DNA of 64,000 nucleotides from an uncultured Verrucomicrobiae bacterium (GTDB taxonomy: Bacteria > Verrucomicrobiota > Verrucomicrobiia > Limisphaerales > Palsa-1400): assembly GCA_963764165.1 (NCBI GenBank), contig CAVXRD010000002.1:1376001-1440000 (forward strand). The letters run 5' to 3'. Positions within the stretch are counted from its first letter, which is position 1. Every line of letters starts with the position of its first letter. Shown here one piece after another: positions 47,112-56,396 of the stretch. A program made the translations under genes and the position numbers. The notes under the pieces are model-generated. The model ran no database searches and was not told the DNA's origin. It saw only the letters and a program-made list of their open reading frames with translations.

Positions 47112-50100
47112 GAATGAAAACGAATGTCCCTTTCTTATTTCCAACCACAATGTCCGGCATATTCGTATTGACGATATTTCCAACAACCACCTGCGTTCCA
47201 ACGCCTGAGTCGGAATCAATGATGTGCGGCACGAATTCAACGCCGCCACCCGGAACGCGCACGAGCTGAAACCAATACAGCACCGCCGGAAAATCATCCG
47301 ATTCCGGGTCGGGCCCATGAGGTCCATGCGCCCAATAACGTTTGCCGGTCACGATGTCCAGCAACCCATCGCCGTCAATGTCCGCCAGCGCCATCGAATG
47401 CGCCTGCGTAAAATGAACGCCAAATGGGCTGGACTGCTCGTCCTTCCCCATAATGACGTGCTCTTTGAACGTGATGTTCGTGCCCTCGCGCTTTTGCTCC
47501 CACCAAACGAGGCCGTAACCGTGCGGGTCGAGGCTCGTGATCACGTCGTTTAACCCATCGCCGTTGACATCGTAGGCGAACATCTGGGCCGCGCCGTGCG
47601 TTCCGCCGCCCGGCGCAAAGGGAAAGGGATGAAACGTCCAGACCGGATCACCCGCCAGCGATGCGGGCTGTTCCCACCAGCCGTCCTTCTCCAGCAAATC
47701 CATTTTGCCGTCACCGTTCACGTCGCCAACGCCGAGGCCGTGGGTGAATTTTTGCCACGAGCCTTTAGGCGTGATCGGGTGAAACGCCCAAGGCTCGCTC
47801 ACCGCTTCATTCCAATTCGAAGGCGCGTAATAGCCAAAATATCCCTTGGCGTTGCAGACGATTTCCGGTTTGCCGTCCCCATTGATGTCGAGGAACGTAG
47901 GCGATTCATTGTCGACGGTTTCCGCGACTTCGTGCTTTTTCCAGTGGCCTTGCGCGCCCTTTGGATTTTCGTACCAGCTCGCGGCTTTGCCCGGGAAGTC
48001 AATTACAAGAATATCCGGCCAGCCGTCGTTATTGAAATCGTAGGTGAAGGTCAAAAAATCGTCGGAGTAGGCGTTATTGGTGCCGAGCGCGCCAACGAAT
48101 CCGGGGATTCGCATGTTGCCGCCGCCAGGCTTGGGCATTTCAAACGACGCTTTGGCGGGACGATATTCGTGGCGCTTGGTGAAGGCGGGGCCTTCGTACC
48201 AAAACAGGCCGGAGACAACATCCATTTTGCCGTCATGATTAAAGTCGGCGAAGTTCGCGCCTTCGTCCCAGAACTGGTCGGTGAGCTTGATTTTGCGAAA
48301 TTGGTGCGCAGTCGCCGCCTCCGCCGCCTGAATGCCCTCCTTGCGCACCTCTGAATTTGTCGGCGACATCATCAACGCGAATTCAATGGCCTTATTGTCA
48401 TGGATTGTGCCCAATCCCGCGAGGACTGAACGAAGTTCCGCCGTTGTGAGCCCCTGTTCGCACAAGGCTTTGCAAAATGTGACTTTCCGCTCATTGGAAA
48501 AAGGCGAATTCTCCTCGGTGAGAAGGCGCATGGCGCCACGGACCGCCAATTCACCGATATTGTCCGCGTGCCGCTTGGAAATCACCGCCGCCAAGTCATC
48601 CAGAAGTTTTGGATCGTGCGTTTCACAAAGCGCGCGAATGGCGGCATCGCTGACGCGCGCGTCCTTGTCCGCCACCGCGCTGCGCAAGACTTGACGCGAA
48701 GCATCACTCGACAAGCCGCTGCAGACGGGCAGCAGCGCCATTTTGGCTTCCGCCGAGCCGCTTTGCATGGCCTGCGTCACTGGCGAGAGATCCAGATTGG
48801 ACGTTGTGGTTTGAAGCCGTTGGAGCGCGGAATTCAGCGCGTCTGCCGCGGCAGATCGGCTGTCGTCATCCCTCGCATTGGCCACCAAATCCACCATGGC
48901 GGGCAAATTGGACGAAGCAGCCAGAAGCGCGAGGGCTTGCAAAGAAGCTGCTTTGGGGGATTCGGCAACAGTTGACGCCATGGTCAGCAACTCCGGCACG
49001 GCGCTGGCATCGCCGCGCTCGCCCAAGGCACGCGCGAGTTCCATTTGCTCGGCAGGCTTGCTCGTGTTCATTTGTCTCAGCAAGGCCGCCGTGATTCCGT
49101 CCTGGCGCAAGTTCAACAGCGCCGCGCGCGCGGCTTTTTTTTCCGCCGCGTCGCCCGAGACCGACATTTCCGCCAAAAACGGCACGGTGGAAACGTCGCC
49201 CAATTCATCCAGCGCATTGATGCAAGCCAGGCGGACATCTCCGGAGGCTTGCGCCGCCAGGCTCAGAATCCCGGAAGTCGCGCCGACATCGCCCCGTTGG
49301 GCCAGCGCTCCCACAATTGCGATTTGCATCGGAGGCGAAACTCTTGGCAGCAGGACGACCAGCGCCGGGGTCACGTCCGTCGAATTCATTTCCCGCCCGA
49401 CCTCGAGCGCGGCCGTTTGCATGGCGACATCCTTGCCGGAAATTCCCTCGACGATAAACTGCGGCGCTCGAACGCCCGCGGTCTGAATCATTCCGCGAAA
49501 AGCCGCAATGCGGACGCTCTCCGCTTCCTCACTTTGGGTAAGTTTAAGAAATTCGTCGTGGTCATGCAGCGCGTTGGCGCAACGCAGAAGCGCGTCGTCC
49601 ACCGCAAGCCGCACCGGACCCGTGGATGCGGGGCGGGCCGATTCAAGGGATAGCTCAGCGCCGATCCCGCCGATTTTTCCCAGCGCCTCCGCCGCAGCCG
49701 CAGCCACAATGGCATCCGTGTCTGTTAGAAATTTTTCCAGTGGCTGGGTTGCTGATTTTTCCTGGCGCTCTCCGAGGGAATTGATAATGCCTGCTTGGTT
49801 TGATCCCTTCGTTTTCGCAAGCGCCTCCAACAAAGCTTGGCCGGCCTTGTCGAACGGCATTGATTCCAGCGCATAGCGCGCCGAGTGGGAAAGCTGTTCG
49901 TCGGTCAGCAACGCGGCGAGGGCGGGAATGGACGCCTCGGTTCCGATGCGTTTGAGACGCGCGCAGGCCATATCCTTTTCACGCGGCGATTTGTCCGATT
50001 GCAGCACGGCGATCAACTTCTGTTCTTCCGCCATGGCGGATGTTTGCGCGCGCAACGGCAATTGCGCCGCAATGAGAACGGAGACTGTAAATACTATTAA

Positions 50101-50112
50101 TAAATTTCTCAT
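47095..50112 (-). CDS. secreted HEAT-repeat plus FG-GAP/VCBS repeat protein
   Basis: Signal peptide; HEAT-like repeats (AAAEALGKIG); several DxNxDGxxD motifs at the C-terminus. Confidence 0.85.
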   Translation of the reverse strand: MRNLLIVFTVSVLIAAQLPLRAQTSAMAEEQKLIAVLQSDKSPREKDMACARLKRIGTEASIPALAALLTDEQLSHSARYALESMPFDKAGQALLEALAKTKGSNQAGIINSLGERQEKSATQPLEKFLTDTDAIVAAAAAEALGKIGGIGAELSLESARPASTGPVRLAVDDALLRCANALHDHDEFLKLTQSEEAESVRIAAFRGMIQTAGVRAPQFIVEGISGKDVAMQTAALEVGREMNSTDVTPALVVLLPRVSPPMQIAIVGALAQRGDVGATSGILSLAAQASGDVRLACINALDELGDVSTVPFLAEMSVSGDAAEKKAARAALLNLRQDGITAALLRQMNTSKPAEQMELARALGERGDASAVPELLTMASTVAESPKAASLQALALLAASSNLPAMVDLVANARDDDSRSAAADALNSALQRLQTTTSNLDLSPVTQAMQSGSAEAKMALLPVCSGLSSDASRQVLRSAVADKDARVSDAAIRALCETHDPKLLDDLAAVISKRHADNIGELAVRGAMRLLTEENSPFSNERKVTFCKALCEQGLTTAELRSVLAGLGTIHDNKAIEFALMMSPTNSEVRKEGIQAAEAATAHQFRKIKLTDQFWDEGANFADFNHDGKMDVVSGLFWYEGPAFTKRHEYRPAKASFEMPKPGGGNMRIPGFVGALGTNNAYSDDFLTFTYDFNNDGWPDILVIDFPGKAASWYENPKGAQGHWKKHEVAETVDNESPTFLDINGDGKPEIVCNAKGYFGYYAPSNWNEAVSEPWAFHPITPKGSWQKFTHGLGVGDVNGDGKMDLLEKDGWWEQPASLAGDPVWTFHPFPFAPGGGTHGAAQMFAYDVNGDGLNDVITSLDPHGYGLVWWEQKREGTNITFKEHVIMGKDEQSSPFGVHFTQAHSMALADIDGDGLLDIVTGKRYWAHGPHGPDPESDDFPAVLYWFQLVRVPGGGVEFVPHIIDSDSGVGTQVVVGNIVNTNMPDIVVGNKKGTFVFIHEVKP

Positions 50113-51422
50113 ACGCGCCAGGGGGAACGTTTTGCGATGGAGAGCAGGCGGTTGGCCTCGTCGTCATCGACGAACTGCTCGGCTTGCGGATCCCATTTCA
50201 ATTTGCGATTCAATTGCTTTGCCGCGCCTCCCAGCAGCACCGCGCTGACGGAGCGGTGCGCGATGTCGACATCGCAGATCGTTTTTTTCCGCGTGCGAAT
50301 GCATTCCAGAAAATTCCCGGAATGGCTGGTGCTGTGGTAAAGATGAACTTCGTGCGGCAGCAATCGTTCGCGCACGATGTCCGGCGGATCGGAAATCAGC
50401 GCATCACGATCCACCGCGATGCGCCCGTGCGTTCCAACGAAGCACGCGCCGCCGTCGCCGCCGATGGGCTCGCCCGGATACCCCTTTCCATAGACGACAA
50501 CGCCGCTGGCGTATTTGTAGCAGGAGCGGTCGCCTTCCATCCAGATTTCGACCGGCCCCGTGCTGTCGGCGTCGGCGGCCCATTGAATAATGTCGTAATG
50601 GTGCTGGCCCCAATTCAATTCCCCAATGTCAAATCGATGCGGGCCGACGATGCCGTCGTAGGGAAGCATCGGCGCGGGGCCCAAATAAAGATCCCAATCA
50701 AGCTCCGCTGGAATTGGCTTGGCGGGGCCGAATCGTTCCGGCCAGAAAATTCCGCCGCCGTCGCGATAGGCGTAGATTTCCTTCAATTGCCCGATGCGCC
50801 CGCTGCGGATAAATTCGCATGCCTGCCGAAATTTTCCACCGTATTCACTGCGCTGCTGGGTGCCGGCTTGGAAGACGCGGCCGTAGCGCCGGACCGCCGA
50901 TTCAATCGCTTGCGCCTCGTGAATCGTCACCGCGCTGGGCTTTTCGCAATAAATATCCTTGCCCGCGGCGGCGGCCATGACGGTCATGGTCGCGTGCCAA
51001 TGCGCGGGCGTGGCAATCAGCACCGCATCAATGTCCGGTCGTGCCAAAACCTCCCGAAAATCCGTGTAAGCCTCGCACGATTTGTAATTGTCCTTCCCAT
51101 AAACCGTGGCGTAATTCTCGTTGACACGATTGCGCGCATTTTCGCGGCGGTTTTTCCAGACGTCGCAAACCGCCAGCACCTGGACTTCCTTGCGCCCCGC
51201 ATAGCCGCCCGCGACGTATGTCCAAGCGCCGCCAAGCAAATGACCGCCGCCCTGCGTGCCGACGCCGATGAAGCCCATGGTGATGCGCTCGCTGGGCGCA
51301 ATGGCGCCGTTTCGGCCCAGGGCTGAGCCTGGAATAATGGTGGGGAACGCGATGGCAGCGCCCATCATCGCACCCGCTCGACGCAAAAAATGCCGACGAC
51401 TCGTCGGTCTGGTGGTTTGCAT
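50109..51422 (-). CDS. Tat-exported Gfo/Idh/MocA family oxidoreductase
   Basis: SRRHFL twin-arginine motif; IATPAHWH, IYCEKP, QAGTQQRS, DWDLYLGPAP. Confidence 0.92.
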   Translation of the reverse strand: MQTTRPTSRRHFLRRAGAMMGAAIAFPTIIPGSALGRNGAIAPSERITMGFIGVGTQGGGHLLGGAWTYVAGGYAGRKEVQVLAVCDVWKNRRENARNRVNENYATVYGKDNYKSCEAYTDFREVLARPDIDAVLIATPAHWHATMTVMAAAAGKDIYCEKPSAVTIHEAQAIESAVRRYGRVFQAGTQQRSEYGGKFRQACEFIRSGRIGQLKEIYAYRDGGGIFWPERFGPAKPIPAELDWDLYLGPAPMLPYDGIVGPHRFDIGELNWGQHHYDIIQWAADADSTGPVEIWMEGDRSCYKYASGVVVYGKGYPGEPIGGDGGACFVGTHGRIAVDRDALISDPPDIVRERLLPHEVHLYHSTSHSGNFLECIRTRKKTICDVDIAHRSVSAVLLGGAAKQLNRKLKWDPQAEQFVDDDEANRLLSIAKRSPWRV

Positions 51423-51597
51423 GTGGTTGAACTTACCAACCTTGCCAAGCCACCGCAAGCGCCCGTCGTGGCCAACTCACTCGCGCCTTAAATCAGGAAA
51501 GCCCCCGGTCTTTATTTTATTTTCCAGGCCTGGATTTTAACGCCAAGACGCCAGGGCCCAAGGGCGCGAAGACGTTGCCGAGGCAAACTGAGAAAAA

Positions 51598-52083
51598 TCA
51601 AACCTGCTCAGGCATCGCACGAGTCAACACACCCATATCCTCCCAAACCATCCAAGCCGTCGACAAGTCAACAGCGCCGCGCCGGGCGTAGAACCGCCGC
51701 GCCCGTTCATTCTCCGCCTCTGCATTCACGCAAATTCTCGCCGCGCCCTGGGTCCCGAACCACCCAGCGAGAGCCTCGAAAAGCCCGCTTGCGGCTGCGG
51801 ACCCGCGCCACGCCGGCGCAACCAAAATCCACTGCAGCTCGCCGTCGCACCCGAAACGCTTGGTCAGATGCCCCGCGATGAACCCGATGAGAGAACCTTC
51901 CGCCTCAGCCAGAAACGCCACGCGCGGGGAAAGCGCCTGCTGCGGATGGTGTTCGCCAGCGAGATAGCGGCGCATGGTCTCCGCACTCGCCCCGCCAGTC
52001 CACCCGCTCGCAGTTCGCAGTTCGGCCATCGCCGGAACGTCTTTGGCCAGCGCGCGCCGATACGCAATGCCTGTTACGCTCAT
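51598..52083 (-). CDS. GNAT family N-acetyltransferase
   Basis: VAPAWRGSAAA acetyl-CoA motif, NERARRFYARRG. Confidence 0.85.
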   Translation of the reverse strand: MSVTGIAYRRALAKDVPAMAELRTASGWTGGASAETMRRYLAGEHHPQQALSPRVAFLAEAEGSLIGFIAGHLTKRFGCDGELQWILVAPAWRGSAAASGLFEALAGWFGTQGAARICVNAEAENERARRFYARRGAVDLSTAWMVWEDMGVLTRAMPEQV

Positions 52084-52442
52084 CTTGAAAGCGAGGCCAT
52101 CAACCTCGCGATTGCCCGATTTCTCGGCCGTTAATCCGGTGAAAGTCCACGCCGTCAACGTGCCCGACTCGCCATTAAAATCGAGCGATTTCCGCAACAG
52201 GATTTTTAACAGGATTGACAGGATAAAATACACTGAATTGTTGACTGCCCCAAGGCGGCAAGCCATAAAGGAGCGGACGATGGCAAATCGGGAATACAGG
52301 GTTAATCAAGAACGATTTGGCTTCATCGTTGCATTAAAAGCAATATCGCGCAGAGAGCGCAGAGTTGCCTCGCCGGAATGAATCAAATGAGCCATGGCTG
52401 CTTCGCCGAAATCGTCAGGGAACCCAAAGGATGCCGCTCCTT

Positions 52443-52640
52443 AGCCGTAACAACGCAATGGAGACGGGAAGCGCGACCGTCTCAGTCGCCTCCAGTCGGC
52501 GTCCCGCCGGCTGGTTCTGGCGGAAAATGTGGATCCACCATTCGGTGATTCATCAAAGGCGCAAGATGACTTGGGCGGGAGGCCGAAGACGGCGGTCGAG
52601 GACGACCGCGCTCCCCAATTTCAACTGCATTGTTACGGCT
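52443..52640. repeat. 198-bp MITE/REPIN-like element
   Basis: Terminal IR AGCCGTAACAA / TTGTTACGGCT; inner GGGAAGCGCG...CGCGCTCCCC arms related to family C. Confidence 0.7.
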
Positions 52641-52681
52641 TGGGAGGGAGCTGAATGCACTTTTCGATTAAGGCCAAGGGT

Positions 52682-53389
52682 CTACGCGAAATAACCCAAT
52701 TCCCTCAGTGAAACGTAATCCTTCCCATTCGGACCGGCCATGCGGCCGAGAATAATGTGGTCGAGCACTTCGATTTTGAGCAGATGTCCGGCGCGAATCA
52801 AATCGCGGGTGGCGCGGATGTCGGCCTCGGAAGGAGTGGGGTCGCCGCTGGGATGGTTGTGGACGAGCACGATGGCGGAGGCGTTGGCGGCGATGGCGCC
52901 GCGGAACACTTCGCGCGGATGCACCAAAATAGTATCGACAAGCCCCTGCGAAATCGCCTCGACGCGGATGAGCTTGCGGCGGACGTTCAGCAGAACGGCT
53001 TGAAAATGTTCGACTTCGTAGCGGCGGTTGTCTTCGCGCAGGTGGTCGGCGATGCTCGCGGGGTTGTCAAGCAAAGGCGCGTCGCCCTGCATTTCCCTGG
53101 CCATGCGGCGGGCGAGGGTGAAGGCGCTTTTCAGCGCGATGGCCTTGTCGCGCCCGATGCCTTTGGTCTCGCACAATTGATCGATGGTGGCGCGCTCCAG
53201 TTCCGTCAACGTTCCGAAGCGCATCAGCAATTGCCGCCCGATTTCAATGGCGGAGACGCCTTGCAAGCCCGTGCGGAGGATGATGGCGATGAGTTCGGCC
53301 GTTGTAAGCGCGTCGGCCCCCAGCGCGGCCAGGCGCTCGCGCGGCCGCTCACTGGCGGGAAGGTCTTTTATTTTGACACCATCGCCCAT
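52682..53389 (-). CDS. radC: RadC (JAB domain) protein
   Basis: ERPRERL, ELIAIILRTG, VHPREVF, HNHPSGDPTPSEAD, LDHII. Confidence 0.96.
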   Translation of the reverse strand: MGDGVKIKDLPASERPRERLAALGADALTTAELIAIILRTGLQGVSAIEIGRQLLMRFGTLTELERATIDQLCETKGIGRDKAIALKSAFTLARRMAREMQGDAPLLDNPASIADHLREDNRRYEVEHFQAVLLNVRRKLIRVEAISQGLVDTILVHPREVFRGAIAANASAIVLVHNHPSGDPTPSEADIRATRDLIRAGHLLKIEVLDHIILGRMAGPNGKDYVSLRELGYFA

Positions 53390-53603
53390 GCCGCCGGAGG
53401 TTCTACCCGCTGGACGGCGATGCAGGCAAGTTCTTTGGTGGAGCAGGTACCAAGCAGGCGGAGATCAGCTCCTCGCGCAGTGGGCTCACCGCTGCGAGCC
53501 GATGCCAAGCCATGGCAGCCCTGTCCGGCCGGTTTGATCATTGATTTGGCGCCATCCGGGAGGCCCTTTTTCGTTTTTTCTGGACTTGCGACAGCGCATT
53601 GAT

Positions 53604-53653
53604 ACAATTGGCACAGGGGCATTGATCGTTTGCAATGCCCCTGTGCCAATTGT
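53604..53653. repeat. perfect 21-bp inverted repeat with 8-nt spacer
   Basis: ACAATTGGCACAGGGGCATTG-ATCGTTTG-CAATGCCCCTGTGCCAATTGT. Confidence 0.9.
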
Positions 53654-53696
53654 GATATAGCCGCTTATCGCGAGGTGCGAATCAAATCCAGGGAGT

Positions 53697-53854
53697 TGTG
53701 AGACAAAATTCTTCATTAAGCATTGTTTCCTCCGTCGGAGTATCTGGGAAATGGACAGACGCGGGAAGAATTGCCGGGCGCGCGGGAAAATCCAGGACCA
53801 CTGAAGCGCCGCAGGCGCTGGCAGACAACGCGGGATGAAGAATTTTGTCACACA
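53697..53854. mobile_element. candidate 158-bp MITE
   Basis: 20-bp terminal IR with one mismatch: TGTGAGACAAAATTCTTCAT / ATGAAGAATTTTGTCACACA. Confidence 0.6.
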
Positions 53855-54064
53855 CCCGCCCACGTAAATCAAATCGGAGCGGACGTGACCGGGGAAAGCG
53901 AATACGCTTACGATATCTGATTTGCCCCCCGCACAACAGGGCAGGAAAATTTTTCGTTTCCACATGAGTCGCTTTCCACACCAGGAAAACAACGAAGGAT
54001 TGGTTCCAACGACCACCGAAGAAAATCCAAATTGCCACTTTTGTTTGCCAGATGAGGTGATACG

Positions 54065-54817
54065 ATGGCGGTCAGTGTGGTCAAAGAGTTGAGAGAATTT
54101 TTCAGACTGATCTCGCCTGTTGAGTCCGATGTCATCGACATCCACTCTCACCAGATGCCCATTGTCTACCGGAGGCATCACCGTGCGCGGAATTACGTTC
54201 TGCGGCTGCATTTCAACCGGACCGTCATCGTCACCATCCCGCGCGGGGGCACCAGGAAATTTGCGCGCGAATTTGTGGCCAGCCGGAAATCGTGGCTGGA
54301 GAAGCAATGGCGCGTCCTGGAAGCCAGGCGCGCGCCGCCGCATGTGCTCCGCCCCGGGATGGAAATCCTGCTGCGCGGCAAACCGGTCGCGCTGGAATTG
54401 CGGCAGGCCGGAGAGAACTGGGAGCTTCATTTTGGCTCGGAGCAAACGACCGTCCCGAATCCCGCCGCGAATCTTCGCCCGGCGCTGGAAAGTCATCTGC
54501 GCAGCGCCGCGCGCGATCAATTGGTCCGCCGCGTCCGCGAACTGGCCGCGGAGCATCCGTCGGACATCAAACACATTGTCGTCCGCAACCAAAAAAGCCG
54601 CTGGGGTTCCTGCTCCTGCCACGGCACCATTTCCCTCAATTGGCGCCTGATCCAGCTTCCCGATCACGTCCGCGATTACATCATTATTCACGAGCTGATG
54701 CACTTGCGCGAACTGAACCATTCGCCCCGTTTCTGGCGCGAAGTGGAAAAGGCCTGCCCGGCTTACCGCGCTGCCGAGGATTGGCTGAAGAAAAACTCCG
54801 GGCAGGTCGGATTTTAG
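54065..54817 (+). CDS. YgjP/DUF45-type metallopeptidase domain protein
   Basis: QKSRWGSCS, ISLNWRL, DYIIIHELMHL, NHSPRFW. Confidence 0.92.
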   Translation: MAVSVVKELREFFRLISPVESDVIDIHSHQMPIVYRRHHRARNYVLRLHFNRTVIVTIPRGGTRKFAREFVASRKSWLEKQWRVLEARRAPPHVLRPGMEILLRGKPVALELRQAGENWELHFGSEQTTVPNPAANLRPALESHLRSAARDQLVRRVRELAAEHPSDIKHIVVRNQKSRWGSCSCHGTISLNWRLIQLPDHVRDYIIIHELMHLRELNHSPRFWREVEKACPAYRAAEDWLKKNSGQVGF

Positions 54818-54844
54818 CCGCTCGCGCATATAAGCGGCGCAGCA

Positions 54845-54880
54845 TTGACGTGACTGAGATTCTGTGTCACGCTGAGACAC
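54845..54880 (+). promoter_or_regulatory. TA operon promoter with palindromic operator
   Basis: TTGACG-N17-CACGCT overlapped by IRs CGTGAC...GTCACG and GTGTC...GACAC. Confidence 0.55.
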
Positions 54881-55141
54881 ATGAAAACCGTGACGATCCG
54901 AGAACTCCATGCCAAAACCGGTGAATTGGTGCGCGAGGCCTCGCGGCATGGGCACATTCTGGTGACCGACAATGGACGGACGATCGCAAAGATAGTGCCG
55001 GAAACGAATGAATCTGGTGTTCCATATTTTGCTCGACGCAAACCTTCGGCGGCTTTTGCTAAATTGGATGCCAGTGGCAAAACTGCCCGCGGCGCCGACG
55101 CGACTCAGTTAATTTCTGAGGACCGGGAAGACAGGGTTTGA
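54881..55141 (+). CDS. Phd/YefM family antitoxin
   Basis: MKTVTIRELHAKTGELV...ILVTDNGRTIAKIVP. Confidence 0.88.
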   Translation: MKTVTIRELHAKTGELVREASRHGHILVTDNGRTIAKIVPETNESGVPYFARRKPSAAFAKLDASGKTARGADATQLISEDREDRV

Positions 55142-55569
55142 TGCTCTATTTTGATACCAGTTATCTGGTGCGGCTGTATACGAAGGATGCTGGATGGGAA
55201 AAAGCGCGGGCGCTCGCCAAAACGGACAGCCTTGCCTGCTGCATCCATGGGCAGGCAGAGAGCGTGGCAGCATTTCACCGAAAATTCAGGGAAGGTGAGC
55301 TCTCCCATAAGGAATTGGAAACGCTGCTGGCCGAAATTGAAAAGGATTCCGATGCCGGCGCTTATCGCTGGCTGCCTCTATCTCCTGCTGTGGTGGCTCG
55401 CGTCGCGTCGACTTTTGCCAAGCTGCGATCCACAGTCGCCTTGCGCGCGGCCGATGCCATCCATTTAGCGTGCGCAGCAGAAGGTGGATTCGCCAGAGTG
55501 TATTCCAACGACACACGCCTGCTGGCAGCAGCCGCTCATTTCGGGCTGACAGGGGAAAACGTCATTTAG
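55141..55569 (+). CDS. VapC-type PIN toxin
   Basis: LYFDTSYL, LRAADAIHLACA, SNDTRL; overlaps the antitoxin stop. Confidence 0.9.
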   Translation: MLYFDTSYLVRLYTKDAGWEKARALAKTDSLACCIHGQAESVAAFHRKFREGELSHKELETLLAEIEKDSDAGAYRWLPLSPAVVARVASTFAKLRSTVALRAADAIHLACAAEGGFARVYSNDTRLLAAAAHFGLTGENVI

Positions 55570-55588
55570 CTGCGCTGAAGCAATCTTG

Positions 55589-56386
55589 TCAAAGAATCGA
55601 GCGCACCACCCCGCCTTCCACCCGCAATGCCGCGCCATTGGTGGCGGATGAAAGTGGGCTGGCGACGTAGGTCACCATCGCGGCCACTTCGTCGGTGGTG
55701 GCGAAACGCTGCAGGAGCGAATTGGGCCGCACGCTTTTGAAGAATTCCTTTTCAACAACTTCGGGAGCGACGCCCCGGTTTGACGCCATGTCTTTGACAA
55801 ATTTTTCCACGCCTTCGGACCGGGTCGGCCCGGCCAAAATAGAATTGACGGTCACGCCGGTGCCGGCGGTGGTGGCGGCGAGGCCGCTGGCGAGCGCGAT
55901 TTGCATCGTCTTGGTCACGCCGTAATGGATCATTTCCACCGGGATGTTCACGGCCGACTCGCTGGAAATGAAAATAATGCGGCCCCAATTCTTCGCCTTC
56001 ATCCGCGGCAAATAATGGCGGGACAAACGGACGCCGCTGAGAAAGTTCGTTTCAATGATGGAAAGCCATTCCGCATCAGTGGTTTCCTCAAAATTCTTCG
56101 GGAAGTAGATGCCAAGATTGTTGACAAGAATATCGACGTCCGGAAATAGCTTGACCCCTTCCGAGACGCCGCCGGCGGTCGCCAGGTCGATGGCCAGCGG
56201 CTCCAGCTTCGGTGGATGGGCGGCGGATTTGCGGATGCTGCTGATGGCTTCCTGGACGCGCGCTTCCGTTCGTCCATTGACGATGACGCGCGCGCCTTCG
56301 GCGGCCAGAGATTGAGCGATTGAGAAACCAATGCCGGCTGTCGAGCCGGTGACCAGGGCTGTTTTTCCGTCCAACTTCAAATTCAT
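55589..56386 (-). CDS. SDR family oxidoreductase
   Basis: TGSTAGIG, LVNNLG, YGVTK. Confidence 0.94.
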   Translation of the reverse strand: MNLKLDGKTALVTGSTAGIGFSIAQSLAAEGARVIVNGRTEARVQEAISSIRKSAAHPPKLEPLAIDLATAGGVSEGVKLFPDVDILVNNLGIYFPKNFEETTDAEWLSIIETNFLSGVRLSRHYLPRMKAKNWGRIIFISSESAVNIPVEMIHYGVTKTMQIALASGLAATTAGTGVTVNSILAGPTRSEGVEKFVKDMASNRGVAPEVVEKEFFKSVRPNSLLQRFATTDEVAAMVTYVASPLSSATNGAALRVEGGVVRSIL

Positions 56387-56396
56387 GCCAGGTATT

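Noticed and set aside
53436..53443. CTCCACCA on the minus strand resembling a tmRNA/tRNA 3' end
   Set aside because: No T-arm or matching acceptor 5' strand upstream
53609..53648. Sigma54 promoter in the palindrome (TGGCAC...TTGC)
   Set aside because: Spacing is 7 nt rather than the required 5
53956..53980. Two DnaA-box-like NTTTCCACA motifs as oriC
   Set aside because: Only two imperfect boxes, no dnaA/dnaN and no clear AT-rich unwinding element
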